From Leucoraja erinacea (taxonomy: Eukaryota): a stretch of DNA of 64,000 bases. This document shows, in pieces, positions 49,901-61,100 of the stretch; the stretch's first letter is position 1, and each line of letters begins with the position of its first letter. Both the position numbers and the translations under genes were made by a program. The notes beneath the pieces are model-generated. The model made no database searches. It saw only the letters and a list, made by a program, of their open reading frames with translations, and had not been told where the DNA came from. The stretch spans positions 20,150,001 through 20,214,000 of the forward strand of contig NC_073394.1 in the NCBI RefSeq assembly GCF_028641065.1, given 5' to 3'.

Positions 49901-52900
49901 TAAAATGCTGAATTTACCTATTTCCACTGGATTGAATGGGACAGTCATTGACGTTAGTTTTTCTAGCAAACCTGAGGATGAAATACAAAGTGGATCAGAC
50001 CTATCTTGTCACGCATCCACCATTTAGTCAGAGTCGTAGAGTTGGCAAGCATAGAAACAGGCCCTTTGGCCTGCCTTGTCCATGCTGACTAATTTGGAAG
50101 TCTGGGAAAATCCCATTTTCCTGCATTTGGTTCATAGCCCTCTGAAATATTTTCCTCTCCATACATCTATCCAATGTCTTTTAAAAGTTATAATTACATC
50201 CGCTTCTATAGCTTCCTCTGGCAGCTCATTCCAGATACGGTCAACCCTCTGAGTGAAATAAAATTGTCATCCCTTTAAGCCTAACCTGGGTGCCTGGAAT
50301 GCAGTGGGGGCGCCGGGGGTGATGGTGGGCAGTGGAAATAATGGTGTTTAAGAGGCTTTTAAATAGTCACATGGATGTACAGGGAATGGAAGGATCACGT
50401 GCAGGCAGATAAGAATTGGGCTTGGTATCATGATTGGCACAGACATTGGTTGGCCGAAGGGCCTGTTCCTGTGCTGTACTATTCTATGTTTTAAATACAT
50501 TTTCTTTTCATTATAGGCTCACCAACAATTTCAGACTTCAAAATGGTGCCAGAGATCCCATGGTTTGGTGAATATTTATCCATATCTTGTTCCGTACATG
50601 GCCTCTTAAGAAAGGATTTCATTTTTGAATGGTATAGAGGATCTGAGCCTGTGAAATGTGGAGTAACTGATTCAGGTTTTGTGAGTACCGGTGACAACAA
50701 TTACAAAGTAGAGAGTTGCCTTATATTTCTAGTAACCGCGGAAGACTTTGAAAGAGAGTTAATCTTTCTGTGTAAAGATCGTTATAATAATGAAGCATTC
50801 AAAAGGCGTATTCAACTGCCCCTAAAAGGTGAGTGTGTTGTGAAAATGATTTGTTTAACTATATTTTGATAAGTTATTATTCTAAATTTGTATATAACCA
50901 ACATTGAAGACAGTAAAGGTTTTACAATGAGTGCAGGAGAATGGCTTTTGTTGTTGATACAAACACCCTTTTATCTACTTTCCATCTCTGGCCTTTGTCC
51001 ACACATCTGCCAATGAAAAACTCTCACCTGAATCTACCTATCATTTGCAAGGCTTTGTCCCACTCTCACTTGTCTAGCTTTCACTACCCCTGCTAAAGTC
51101 AGTATGAAGAAGGGTCCCAAACTAAAACATTGTTTATCCATGTCTTCCAGAGATGCAGCCTGACACGCTGTTACTCCAGCACTTTGTATTTTTGTTTAGC
51201 TTTTGTTGTTCATCGCCTTAAGTGAATCCCAAAATCCTGGGGCGTCACGAGCTTCACTGCCTACGCCACCACGTCTCACCATCGCGCAATGCGTGTGTAA
51301 TGCATGCCATGCGAGCGTCACGACACGGACGTGACACGTAAATGATGTCGCGTCGTGACGCATAAATGATGTTGCATAAATAACGCGGAAATAACACCCA
51401 AGTGGGAAGGCCCTTTACACAGATTTATAGTCGAAACCTCGTATTTTTGGGTGATTAGTCTAGTTTAGTTTAGAGATACAGCGCAGAAACAGCCCACAGG
51501 ATCCGGCCGACCAACGATCACCTTGTACACTAACATTATCATACACACTAGGGACAATTTACAATTCTTGCCAAAGCCAAGTAACCTACAAATCTGTACG
51601 TCTTTGGAATGCGGGTGGAAATCGGAGCACCCGGAGAAAACCCATGCAGTAACGGGGAGAACGAGCAAACTCCGTACAGACAGCACCTAGAATCAGGATC
51701 AGACCCAGGTCTCTGGCACTGTAAGGCAGCACTGCGACCAGGTGTCTAGAAGAGGCTTACCAGAATGATGCCTGGATTAGTGGGTAGTAGCTGTCAAGCG
51801 AGGTTGGGTAACCCTAGTGTTTTCTTTGGAACTGGAAATTGCAGGGAGACCTGTGAGAAATGCCGGTGTATAAAATTATGAGAGGCAAAGATAAGTTTGA
51901 CAGTTAAAGACGAGCATACATAGCTTTAAAGTGAGAGGGGCAAAGTTTAATGTGCGAGGCAAGGTTTTTTACACAATGAGTAGAGGGTGCCTTGAATATG
52001 CTGCCTGGGGTGGTGGTGGAGGCAGATATGTTAGTGGCCTTTCAGAGACTATTCGATAGGCACATGGATATACAGGGAATGGAGGGATATGGATAACATG
52101 CAGGCAGAGGAAATTATGTTCATTTTGCATAATGTTCAGCACAAACATTGTAGGTCGAACGGCCTGTCTCTATGCTGTACTGTTCTATGGTCTAATCAAA
52201 GGTGGGGCCCGACACTTCTTTGGGGTATGGGAGAAAACGGGAGCACCTGGAGGAAATCCACACAGTCTCGTGGGTACTGTGCAAACTCCACACACACACA
52301 GCACCTGAGGTCAGGATCAAGCCTGGGTTTCTGGTGCTGAGACAGCAGCTCTGTGTTTGGCAATGGGTAGTTAGTTTGAATTTGGGCCTTGTGTGTTGAT
52401 ATTATTGGCACCGACTATAGAAATAGGATTTCACTGCAAAAAAGGGTGGCACCATGGGGGGCGGGGGAAAGCCAGAAGCGAGGTGGGGGTAGGACAAAGC
52501 CTGGCATGTGATAGATCGATATAGGTGAGGTTTTTGATTGTCAGATGGTTGGACAAAGGCCAGAAATGCAACAAAAAAAAAGTTTCAAAAGAGGATAGAA
52601 GAGGCATGAAATTTGAAGCCAGAGGAAGTAGTGTGGGTGGATGAGGGCAAAGAGAAGGGGAAAGGAAGAATCGGGTGTGCATCCAGGTGGGGCACAGGGT
52701 AGAGAGGGTTTAAAAAAAAAGGTGAGGGCAGTAAAAAGGGCAAGGGGTGTTTGTAAGGTTAAATACCAAAAATTGAAGTCTCCACTGTTCATCAACATTG
52801 GGTTGTAAGCTAACCAAGCGGAATAACATTATTTTGTTTGCCCAGGTCACTTTGGAACATAAAGTAAGCATGACTTTAACTTGTATTTGATATTTGTGAT

Positions 52901-53227
52901 TTCAATTTTTCCACAGCTGTGGCTCCTAAAGTATCAAGTTTTACCAACTGTGACAATGATCGACTCAAAATAGGTGGAAAATATACCCTTGGTTGCAGGA
53001 TTGAACATTTTTGCCCAAAGGATATAGAAGTTGTTTGGTACAAGACATCAAACGATTGCACGGATTATCAAATTATGGGAAAGCCCGAAATAGACAAAAA
53101 TGGACTGTACTCGACAATCACAAAGCTGCCAATTCTCATGGAAAAAAATTCGGTAAATTATGTTTGTGAAGTTCGACATGAAAAGACCAATGAAATTTTT
53201 GAGAAGTCATTCAAACTGCGGGTTTAA
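31878..53227 (+). CDS. NCR3LG1: B7-H6/NCR3LG1-like gene, 10 exons, 965 aa: SP-IgV-IgC1-TM-(IgC1)x6 (overall span)
   Basis: Exons of 67+351+327+117+414+363+309+327+312+311 = 2898 nt, all GT-AG phase-1 junctions, no internal stop; V and C1 domains resemble B7-H6. Orthology versus paralogy is unproven. Confidence 0.8.
32211..33670. mobile_element. Palindromic (foldback) MITE whose left arm is disrupted by a Penelope insertion
   Basis: TIR GGGTGATTTCACTAAAGG / CCTTTAGTGAAATCACCC flanked by TATA; 33074-33590 is a long imperfect inverted repeat centred near 33302. Confidence 0.85.
32229..33072. mobile_element. Penelope-like insertion with internal inversion
   Basis: About 32229-32625 reads on minus (PGTFPCNRKRCNTC...NLIYCVRC); about 32631-33072 reads on plus (GDRFAEHLRSVR...EFSQFC-stop and terminal region). 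Confidence 0.88.
33754..34050 (+). mobile_element. HE1/V-SINE-like SINE (further copies at ~36490-36775, 39400-39690, 47760-47940, 51460-51735, minus strand)
   Basis: GGGCGGCGCAATGGCGC tRNA-like head and conserved core GTACGTTCTCCCTGTGACTGCGTGGGTTT. Confidence 0.8.
34497..34847 (+). CDS. B7-H6-like exon 2: IgV domain
   Basis: LLECEI...LGVLWVF...GNMSLFLRHVTLKHLGEYRCEVFIPPNDKASLTVKLEVL; ttacag/gtaagg. Confidence 0.92.
36156..36482 (+). CDS. B7-H6-like exon 3: extracellular IgC1 domain
   Basis: LGCQLNGYYP...W...PIKNPDGTCNVTTEVRL...EDIGSSFECRVTH; tatag/gtcagt. Confidence 0.92.
37190..38116. mobile_element. Tc1/mariner(pogo)-type non-autonomous element
   Basis: 22-bp TIR CAGGTGCACAACCTTTTATCCG, TA on both sides; internal inverted repeats ~37324-37457 vs ~37823-37961. 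Confidence 0.9.
39198..39314 (+). CDS. B7-H6-like exon 4: transmembrane segment
   Basis: EAEIHLSKSSIVGSIIGSVIFSVMLLAAGIYLYMRYIYK; ttacag/AAG|gtaatg; 117 nt, phase 1-1. Confidence 0.88.
40117..42523 (-). mobile_element. Young CR1 LINE (2.4 kb) nested in an older plus-strand CR1 remnant
   Basis: 618-aa ORF with RT (FADD); (TAGAAACA)n 3' tail; GATTAGA repeated at 40110-40116 and 42524-42530. Confidence 0.95.
43531..43944 (+). CDS. B7-H6-like exon 5: post-TM IgC1-like domain 1 (long insert)
   Basis: VPPNV...EITCHVSGFRPDVISVGWY...DGTQSLSSTLEI...EIICRVSY; ctcag/gtaagc. Confidence 0.87.
45878..46240 (+). CDS. B7-H6-like exon 6: post-TM IgC1 domain 2
   Basis: LTCPISFFTPRQLTISWY...DGKEYLCEVNHVSL; cttag/gtaact. 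Confidence 0.9.
46696..47004 (+). CDS. B7-H6-like exon 7: post-TM IgC1 domain 3
   Basis: TLSCKVHSFYPKEISVLWF...YHCLVTHESL; tgcag/gtatgc. Confidence 0.9.
48324..48650 (+). CDS. B7-H6-like exon 8: post-TM IgC1 domain 4 (F-strand Cys lost)
   Basis: TLSCEIMDFYPASIQIDWF...YMVEVYH; ttacag/gtgagt. Confidence 0.9.
50517..50828 (+). CDS. B7-H6-like exon 9: post-TM IgC1-like domain 5 (divergent)
   Basis: SISCSVHGLL...FEWY...NYKVESCLIF...EDFERELIFLCKD; ttatag/gtgagt. Confidence 0.87.
52917..53227 (+). CDS. B7-H6-like exon 10: post-TM IgC1 domain 6 and stop
   Basis: TLGCRIEHFCPKDIEVVWY...NGLYSTITKL...YVCEVRHEK...FKLRV-stop; ccacag acceptor. Confidence 0.9.
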
Positions 53228-54037
53228 ATTTACCTTATATCTTTAATCACACCAGCCTGTGCAGAATTATTCCAACAAATAATGTGGCATTACAGGACTC
53301 TGAGAATTTATATTGGAATCTGCATGGAAGTATATTCTGTTTAAAATCTCAATATAAGAGTTGGCCTTTGTGGGCTTTATACCATTTACAAATTTTCTCC
53401 ATTGTAAAGTTACCATAAGTAACAGGTGCATATTACTTAATTTACACAAAGTAACATTATTTACTGTAATAGCTTTCAGGGAGAACTTGATATTGCCCAT
53501 ATTCTGAGGAAAATTCATTTCCATTTAAAATTATGAAATTTGAAAAGAGTGTTGGTAGCTTGGTAGGCCTGCCTCAATGGCAATTTAAAGTCAACCTGAA
53601 TGTTGTGTCATAGAGCTGTATAGCATAGGTCATTTGGCCCACCTTGACCAAGTTGGCATATTGGGTTAGTCCAAATTGCCTGCAATTGGCCCGAAGCCCT
53701 CCAAATAACACCTGCTATCCATATATGCATCCACATTTTTTTTTTAATCGGACAGCACCCTTGCATATGGAAACTTGAGAACAGAGGGGAAGATGCTGTT
53801 CCTGAGTCTGATGGAGCACATTTTCAAATTTCTGTACCTTTTGCCTGACGGGAACAGGGAGAAGACGGATTGAGCGGGGTGGAACAAATCCTTGATGATG
53901 TTATAGAAGATCTAGGAAGACCATTAAGGGGCAGAAGGGTCTGAAGAAGGGTTTCGGCCTGAAAAGTTGCATATTTCCTTTGCTCCATAGATGCTGCTGC
54001 TCCCGCTGAGTTTCTCCAGCACTTTTGTCTACCATTA

Positions 54038-54557
54038 TGGGGCAGTCCCACTTGGGCGACCTAATTGGTGAGTTTAGGAGAGTTTGAAAAAATGTCGTGT
54101 TGAAGATCTCCTTCGACTATGTTGAAGACTAGCTTCGACTAGCTATGACTAGCTACGAATAACTTCGGGAAAATTGGACAACGAATAGTGGAGAGTGAAG
54201 ATGATCTCTTTTGACCTCCCTTCGATTATCAGCCTATCTACAATCACCTTTGACTACCTTTGATTACCTTTGACTACCCTCGGTTACCTACGACTAACAT
54301 GCCGACCTACTACGACTAAACCGAGTAAAAAAAGTACCGATTTTTTTTTTTCCATGGCGAGCTTTTTTTACTCGCGGGCATTTTTCCAAAAATATTCCGC
54401 GACCTAGCTGAGGCCTCGGGTACACGGGGACTACTCTCGAGCATGAAGGATAGTTACAAAGACCTCCTAGGATCTCATGTCGACCATGCTGCGAGTATGA
54501 GTCGAGGGCAAACTCGCCAGAACTCGCGGATTAAGTTGCCCAAGCAGGACAGCCCCT
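54038..54557. mobile_element. PIF/Harbinger-like MITE
   Basis: Imperfect TIRs GGGGCAGTCCCACTTGGGCGACCTAAT / ATTAAGTTGCCCAAGCAGGACAGCCCC, TTA on both sides, internal CGACTA-like repeats. Confidence 0.75.
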
Positions 54558-54562
54558 TTAGT

Positions 54563-54698
54563 TTAAGAAGAAACTGCAGATGCTGGAAAGTCGAAGGAAG
54601 ACAAAAATACTGGAGAAACTCAGCGGATGAGGCAGTATCTATGGAGCGAAGGAAATAGGCGACGTTTCGGATCGCGACCCTTCTTCAAACTGATATGT

Positions 54699-54732
<34 letters not shown>

Positions 54733-57150
54733 CGGGAAGAAGAAAGGAAGAGGCGGAGACAGTGGGCTGCGGGAGAGCTGGGAAGGAGAGGGGAAAGAAG
54801 GAGAAAGCAAGGACCACCTGAAATTGGAGAAGTCAATGTTCATACCGCTGGGGTGTAAAATACCCAAGCGAAATATGAGGTGTTGTTCCTCCAATTTACG
54901 ATGGGCCTCATTCTGGTCATGGAGGAGGCCCAGGACAGAAAGGTCAGATTCGGAATGGGAAGGGGAGTTGAAGTGCTGAGCCACCGGGAGATCAGGTTCG
55001 TTATTGCAAACTGAGTGGAGGTGTTGGGCGAAGCGATCGCCAAGCCTACGCTTGGTCTCACCGATGTAGAGCAGCTGACACCTAGAGCAGCGGGTGCAGT
55101 AGATGAGGTTGGAGAAGGCGCAAGTGAAATTCTTCCGCACCTGGAAGGACTGCTTGGGTCTTTGAATGGAGTCAAGGGGGGAGGTAAAGCGACAAGTGTA
55201 ACATTTCCTGCGGTTGCAAGGGTAAGTGCCAGGAGAGGGGGTGGTTTGAGTGGGAAGGGACAAATTGACCAGGGAGTTACAGAGGGAGCAGTCTCTGCGG
55301 AAAGCCGAAAAGGGGAGGAGATGGGAAGATGTGGCCAGTGGTGGGATCCCGTTCTAGGTGTCGAAAATGGCGGAGGATTATTTGTTGTATGTGATGGCTG
55401 GTAAGGTGGAAGGTGAGGACAATGGGGACTCTGCCCTTGTTACAAGTGGGGAGGATGGAGAGTGAGAGCAGAGTTACGGGGTACAGAAGAGACCCTGGGG
55501 AGAGCCTCATCTATAGTAGAAATGGGAACCCCCATTCCCTGAAGAATGAAGACATCTCCGATGCCCTGGTGTGGAACACCTCGTCCAGGGTGCATATTGG
55601 GCGTACATGGAGGAATTGGGTGTAGGGGGTGGAGTCCTTACAGGAAGCAGGGTGGGAAGAGGTGTAGTCCAGATAGCCATGGGAGTCAATGGTTTTATAG
55701 TAGATGTCGATCAGTAGTCTGCCACCTGCGATGGAGACCGTGAGGTCTAGAAATGGTAGGGAGATGCCGAAAATGGTCCAGGTGTATTTGAGTACCGAAT
55801 GGAAGTTAGTGGTGAAATGGATGAAGTTCTGTATGGGTGCAGGAGGTAGCACCAATGCAGTCGTCAATGTAGCGGAGGTAGAGTTTCAGGATAGGGCCAT
55901 GGTATGCCTCGAACCAGGATTGTTCGATGTACCCTACAAAGAGGCAGGCAAAGCTTGGGCCCATGCGCGTGCCTATAGCTACGCCTTGGATTTGGAGGAA
56001 ATGGGAGGAGTCAAATGGAAAGTTGTTAAGGGTAAGGACCAGCTCCGCTAGGCAGAGGAGAGTATCAGTAGACGGGGATTGGTTGGTTCTGCGGTCGAGG
56101 AAGAAAAGGAGGGCTTTAAGACCCTCCTGTTGGGCGATTGAGGTGTAGAGTGACTGGACATCCATGGTGAAGATGAGGGAATGGGGGCCTAGAAAACAGA
56201 AGTCATGGAGGAGACGAAGAGTGTGTGAGGTGCGTTGAACATGGGTAGGGAGGGATTTAACTAGGGGGATAGGATGGAGTCGAGGTATGTAGAAATAAGT
56301 TTGGTGGGGCACAAACAGGCAGAAACAATGGGTCTGCCAGGACAGTCAGGTTTGTGGATTTTGGGGAGAATGTAAAATCGGGCTGTGCGGGGCTGGGGAA
56401 CGATGAGGTTGGAGGCTTGGGAGGGTAGGGAGCCGGAAGTGATGAAGCTAGTGATAGTGTTAGAGATTGTGGTCTGGTGCTCGTCTGTTGGGTCATGGTC
56501 CAAGGATAAATAGGAGATGTCTGAGAGTTGGTTCGTGGCCTCAGCCTTGTAGACATCAGCACGCCAGACTACCACGGCACCTCCCTTGTCGGCAGGTTTG
56601 ATCACCAAGTCTAGGTTGTTGCAGAGTGAGCGGTGGGCAGTACGTTCAGGGGGCGAGAGGTTATAGTGAGAAAGGGGAGTGGAGAAGTTGAGGCGATTGA
56701 TGTCCCGCCGGCAGTTTAAAATAAAAAAGGTCTAAAGCCGGTAGATGGCCATGAGAAAGACTCCAAGAGGAGGGGGTCCGTTGGAGATGGGAGAAGGGGT
56801 CATCACTAGGGGCATGGAAAACGCTTTGATGGGGAGGCGACGGAAGAAGAGCTCCACATCTTGGCAGATGCAGAACTCATTGAGGTGGGGATGGGGGGGG
56901 GAACAAAGGTGAGGCCTCTGCTGAGGACAGACCGTTCGGTATCCGAGAGGGGGAGGTCAGGGGGGATGGTGAACACACGGCAAGGATGGGGTTGGAGCCA
57001 GAGGAAGGCAGGTGTGTGGACGGAGGCCGAGGCGATGTCTGGTAGGGGGGTGGTAGATGGTCAGGGAGGAGGGGGGTATGAGGACTGTAGTGCGGGTGAG
57101 GAATAGCTGGGGTCACCTGGTTTGAGGGGGAAGGGGAAAACCCAGTGGAA
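54563..57150 (-). mobile_element. Penelope-like retroelement with frameshifted RT and GIY-YIG endonuclease
   Basis: VIKPADKGGAVVVW, FYILPKIHKPDCPGRPIVS, MDVQSLYTSI, MGPSFAC, YLRYIDD, LIYC...YIGETKRRL. Confidence 0.93.
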
Positions 57151-57654
57151 CAATGGAAGACCATTACTTCCTTTGGCTCCACAAAGGTAACTTAGTTACG
57201 TTGGCAACACGGAGAGCATGTTATTCATGTATACGGAACATGCTTTTATGCTAACATATCATCAGTGAGAAAGCTGGGAGCATCATTACCGCATTAATTG
57301 ATTAAAACAAACAGTACAGAGATCTGAGGCCTGATCGGCCATTGGCTGCAATGTGTATCTCCTGACCCACCAAATTTAAAAGACATTTATTCACTGACAC
57401 TGCCGGTCATTGGACTAGGTGGACCAATGTTCACCTGATTTATAAATCTTCTATTCCTTTTTTTAATCACTTGACAAGCTTAGCATCTCTTACCCGTCCC
57501 TAATTGTCAAATAGCTTGGTGGTGATTTCAGGGGACTCTTAAAAATTAACCACAATGGTGGTTACATCTCGCCCACACCAAGTACAGAAGGCAGAATACC
57601 TTCCCTGTTGATTATGATCATGTTTGTTAAAACAGTACGCTAATATAATATAAT

Positions 57655-58165
57655 TTACTAGAATGTTGCCTGGGTTTCAGCAACTAAGTTACAGAGAAAG
57701 GTTGAACAAGTTAGGGCTTTATTCTTTGGAGCGGAGAAGGTTAAGGGGGGACTTGATAGAGGTCTTTAAAATGATGAGAGGGATAGGCAGAGTTGATGTG
57801 GAAAAGCGGGAAGGGAATGGAGGGTTATTTTCTGAGCGCCACTGAGAGTAGGGAAGATTCTGTAAAACAAGCCATAGGGGACATGACTTGAGAATTAAGG
57901 GACTGAAGTTTAGGGGTAACATGAGGGGGAACTTCTTTACTCAGAGAGTGGTAGCTGTGTGGAATGAGCTTCCAGTGAAGGTGGTGGAGGCAGGTTCGTT
58001 TTTATCATTTAAAAATAAATTGGATAGTTATATGGACGGGAAGGGAATGGAGGGTTATGGTCTGAGCGCAGGTATATGGGACTAGGGGAGATTATGTGTT
58101 CGGCACGGACTAGAAGGGTCGAGGTGGCCTGTTTCCGTGCTGTAATTGTTATATGGTTATATGGT
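57655..58165 (+). mobile_element. CR1 LINE 3' end
   Basis: LSYRERLNKLGLYSLERRRLRGDLIEVFK; FFTQRVVAVWNELP; (TTATATGG)n tail. Confidence 0.88.
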
Positions 58166-61100
58166 TTGCAAGCCATAGGTGGTAAACACTGATTTTATGC
58201 ACTTAAACTTTATTGCCAAACTTGTACATTTATTAATTTATCCCTCTGCATATACTTCAGTTATTGAACCAGGTGTGTCCATATAAATCAAATGTGGCCA
58301 TATTGCTTACAATTATAATTGTTTGATGTTTAAATGTTTTTTTAAATGTTAGTAGTTATTCTAGGCGTGAAGGAACAAATTCAAATCCTTGTAGCTGGCA
58401 ACAATATATACAATAATATGATATGTAAAGTATGTTCACTATTTGCTGACAGGACAGATCTGATGAACTGAAATGGGAATTGAAGTAATCTGTTCATTTA
58501 AACTAAACCTACAGCTTGATGCATTAATGGTTGACAAACCTTTTGTAGTACAGTTGTTCTGCTATAATGTGCATTTCCATTATCACAGATTAAATATAAC
58601 GCAATTAATGAAGTTGGGGACATTACTTGCATTGTGTGGGCTGAATTGGTTATAATGTGATTTCAATGGGCAACTTGGGAATCACTTTAAAGTTACTTTT
58701 GAAATTGACAGGCATACTGCAGACTCTTTGAGCAATGATAGCTAAAAAGAAAAACTGGTACTGTCTGTAAATTATGAGATGTAACAAAACACGCATGTTC
58801 ATACAGTTTAAAATTTGAATTCAAGTTTTACTTCTTTAAAACTTTATTTTACTTTTGTTTTACTTATTTTTTTGATTTGATTTACTAAAATGTCCCATTC
58901 CTGAATTTTGTTAAGTGAAAATTCATAAATTGCGAAGCTATTTTTCATTAGATTGCATTATTTTAACATTTTGCATGGAAACAGCCCTTCAGCCCACCTT
59001 GCCCATGCTGATAAAGTTGGAATACTGGTCTATTACTATTTGGCCCATAGCCCTCTAAACTCTTTCTATCCATGTATCTGTCAAAACATATTTTTTCTCT
59101 GGCAGCTCACTCCAGATGTGGATCACCCTGAGTGAAAGGTTTGCCTGAGGTTCGTCTTCAATTTCACCCCTCTCAACTTGAGAATGTCTTTCAGTTTTAG
59201 AATCCGCTACCTTGGGAAAAAGACTGAGAACATTAATTATATTCATGCCCCTCATGATCTTGTACATCCTTAGCCTCCCATTCTCCAAAGAAAAAGGTCC
59301 CAGCCTATCCAACCTCTCTATAACTCACGCCTGCATGCCCAGGTAACATCCTGGTGAATCTTCTAAGCACTCTTTCCAACAATGAAGTTCTTCTTGCAAC
59401 TGGATGATCAGAACTGCATACAGTCCTTCAAATTATGTCCTCAGAATTTCCGTCAAAAAACTTGAACCGTTAAAATATATTAGAAGTATCTGAAATAATA
59501 AAACACTTTAATAATCAAATTGCAAGATAATAAAAATAATTCAAAACATACTCTTTACCAAATGCAATGCACAGGTTCCTGAGAAATCCAGATTTTTTTT
59601 AAAGTTTGGGTTTATTATTGTCATCTGTACAGAGGTACAGCTTTCAATCTTCTGTATCTTCTGCCGGACAGGAGCAGGGAGAAGGAAGAATGACCAGGGT
59701 GGGACGTCTTTGATTATTTTGGCTGCTTTTCTAAGGCAACAAGAAGTATAGATAGAGTCAAAGAAGTGGGAGGAATCAAATGCAGGTCACCACCTCAAAA
59801 TAAGAGCTTGCCCGTTTAAAACCAGATGAAGTAGGCGATTACTATCTTTATATTTTACCGTTTCCAGAATTCCCGAGTACTGGTTGCAGTCCATTTTGAA
59901 ATGACATGTTTTATAATGTGTTGCTGGAGCAATTTTGAATGTAGAATCAGTATTTGGGTCCAAACAATCAATAATATAAATCAAATGGTGTAAGAGAGAA
60001 GAAATGGGATCTAGATGTTGTCACCCATACCCTAGATATTAATTATAGATATTAGAGTCAAACATATTGACAAATTGGCAAGATTCAGATTTTTCTTCAG
60101 AGAATATTGCTCAATGCAAGAGGACAGACTTTACCTGATGTGATCATAGAACAGCGTTGTTGTCAATCTGTCTCCTTTGCCACACTGAGAAAATTGGCCT
60201 TTGAAAATCACTATACAGCCCTTGCAGGCTTCTGAGTGGCGGATTAAGAGAGGCTCAAACTTTTCACCCTTCAGGATATGGCAGTGTTTGACTGATTTCT
60301 ACCTTGGAGCTATATTCTCATGAGAAACTCGTCTTCCATAAGAGCCCCAAATTGTTAAATAGTTTCTTAGGAGAAAAATCAGTTTTCTTTCAGCCCCAAA
60401 GGAAAATGTACTGCATCGCAGTACCTGTGCTTGTTGCCTCTATTACAAAACAAACATTGCAGATTTCTCATCTTATGAGGGCTCTTGCTAGCACCATTGA
60501 ACAGTGTGGCTCAATGCTCATTTTTTCTCTGGGTAAGGAAGAACTGCAGATGCTGGTTTAAACCGAAGGTAGGCACAAAATGCTGGAGTCTGAAGACTCG
60601 ACCCAAAACACCACCCATTCCTTCTAACCAGAGATGTTGCCTGTCCCCCTGAGTTACTCCTGCATTTTCTGTCTACGCTCATTTATACTCCATGCTTCTG
60701 TTATTAAACATGAGCATGCTCAGCCACAATATTTTAATCATTGGGTAGGATGATTCACAGTGAGTTAATTAGGGTGCCATATATGAATTTAGAAGTGAAT
60801 TTTAATTTAGAAGTTTGGGGTATTTAATAGAGGGTAAGAGAGAGATATCTTTGACATCCTAGCTGTGACTGCAAGCTACTTGGAGATCAATATACTAGAA
60901 ATTTCTATGCACATTACGCTAGATCTGGTCTTCACATATCCCATCTTTGTGTTCTTAGTATCAATAATTTTAAAACAATATCAAAATATGTATTATAATT
61001 TACAGAATTCTGAAATGAAATAATGTGACAATTTCAAAGTGTAAATGATACATGGTTATTTTATGAATTGCAGTGGTGAATATGACATTCAAATGTGTAT

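Noticed and set aside
43531-53227. Immunoglobulin heavy-chain (IgW/IgNAR) constant region cluster
   Set aside because: No RSS, D or J segments or secretory tailpiece seen; the V exon is complete in germline and splices to C1 and TM
53210-53227. C-terminal KLRV as ER-retrieval or PDZ motif
   Set aside because: Not KKxx or KxKxx; a class II PDZ match is too degenerate to support
54100-54320. Short repeated CGACTA/TTGACTACC units as a CRISPR-like array
   Set aside because: No unique spacers; internal repeats of a Harbinger-like MITE in a eukaryote
60135-60300. Possible minus-strand exon with CAG|gtaaag donor
   Set aside because: The one open frame resembles no protein I recognise and has no partner exons
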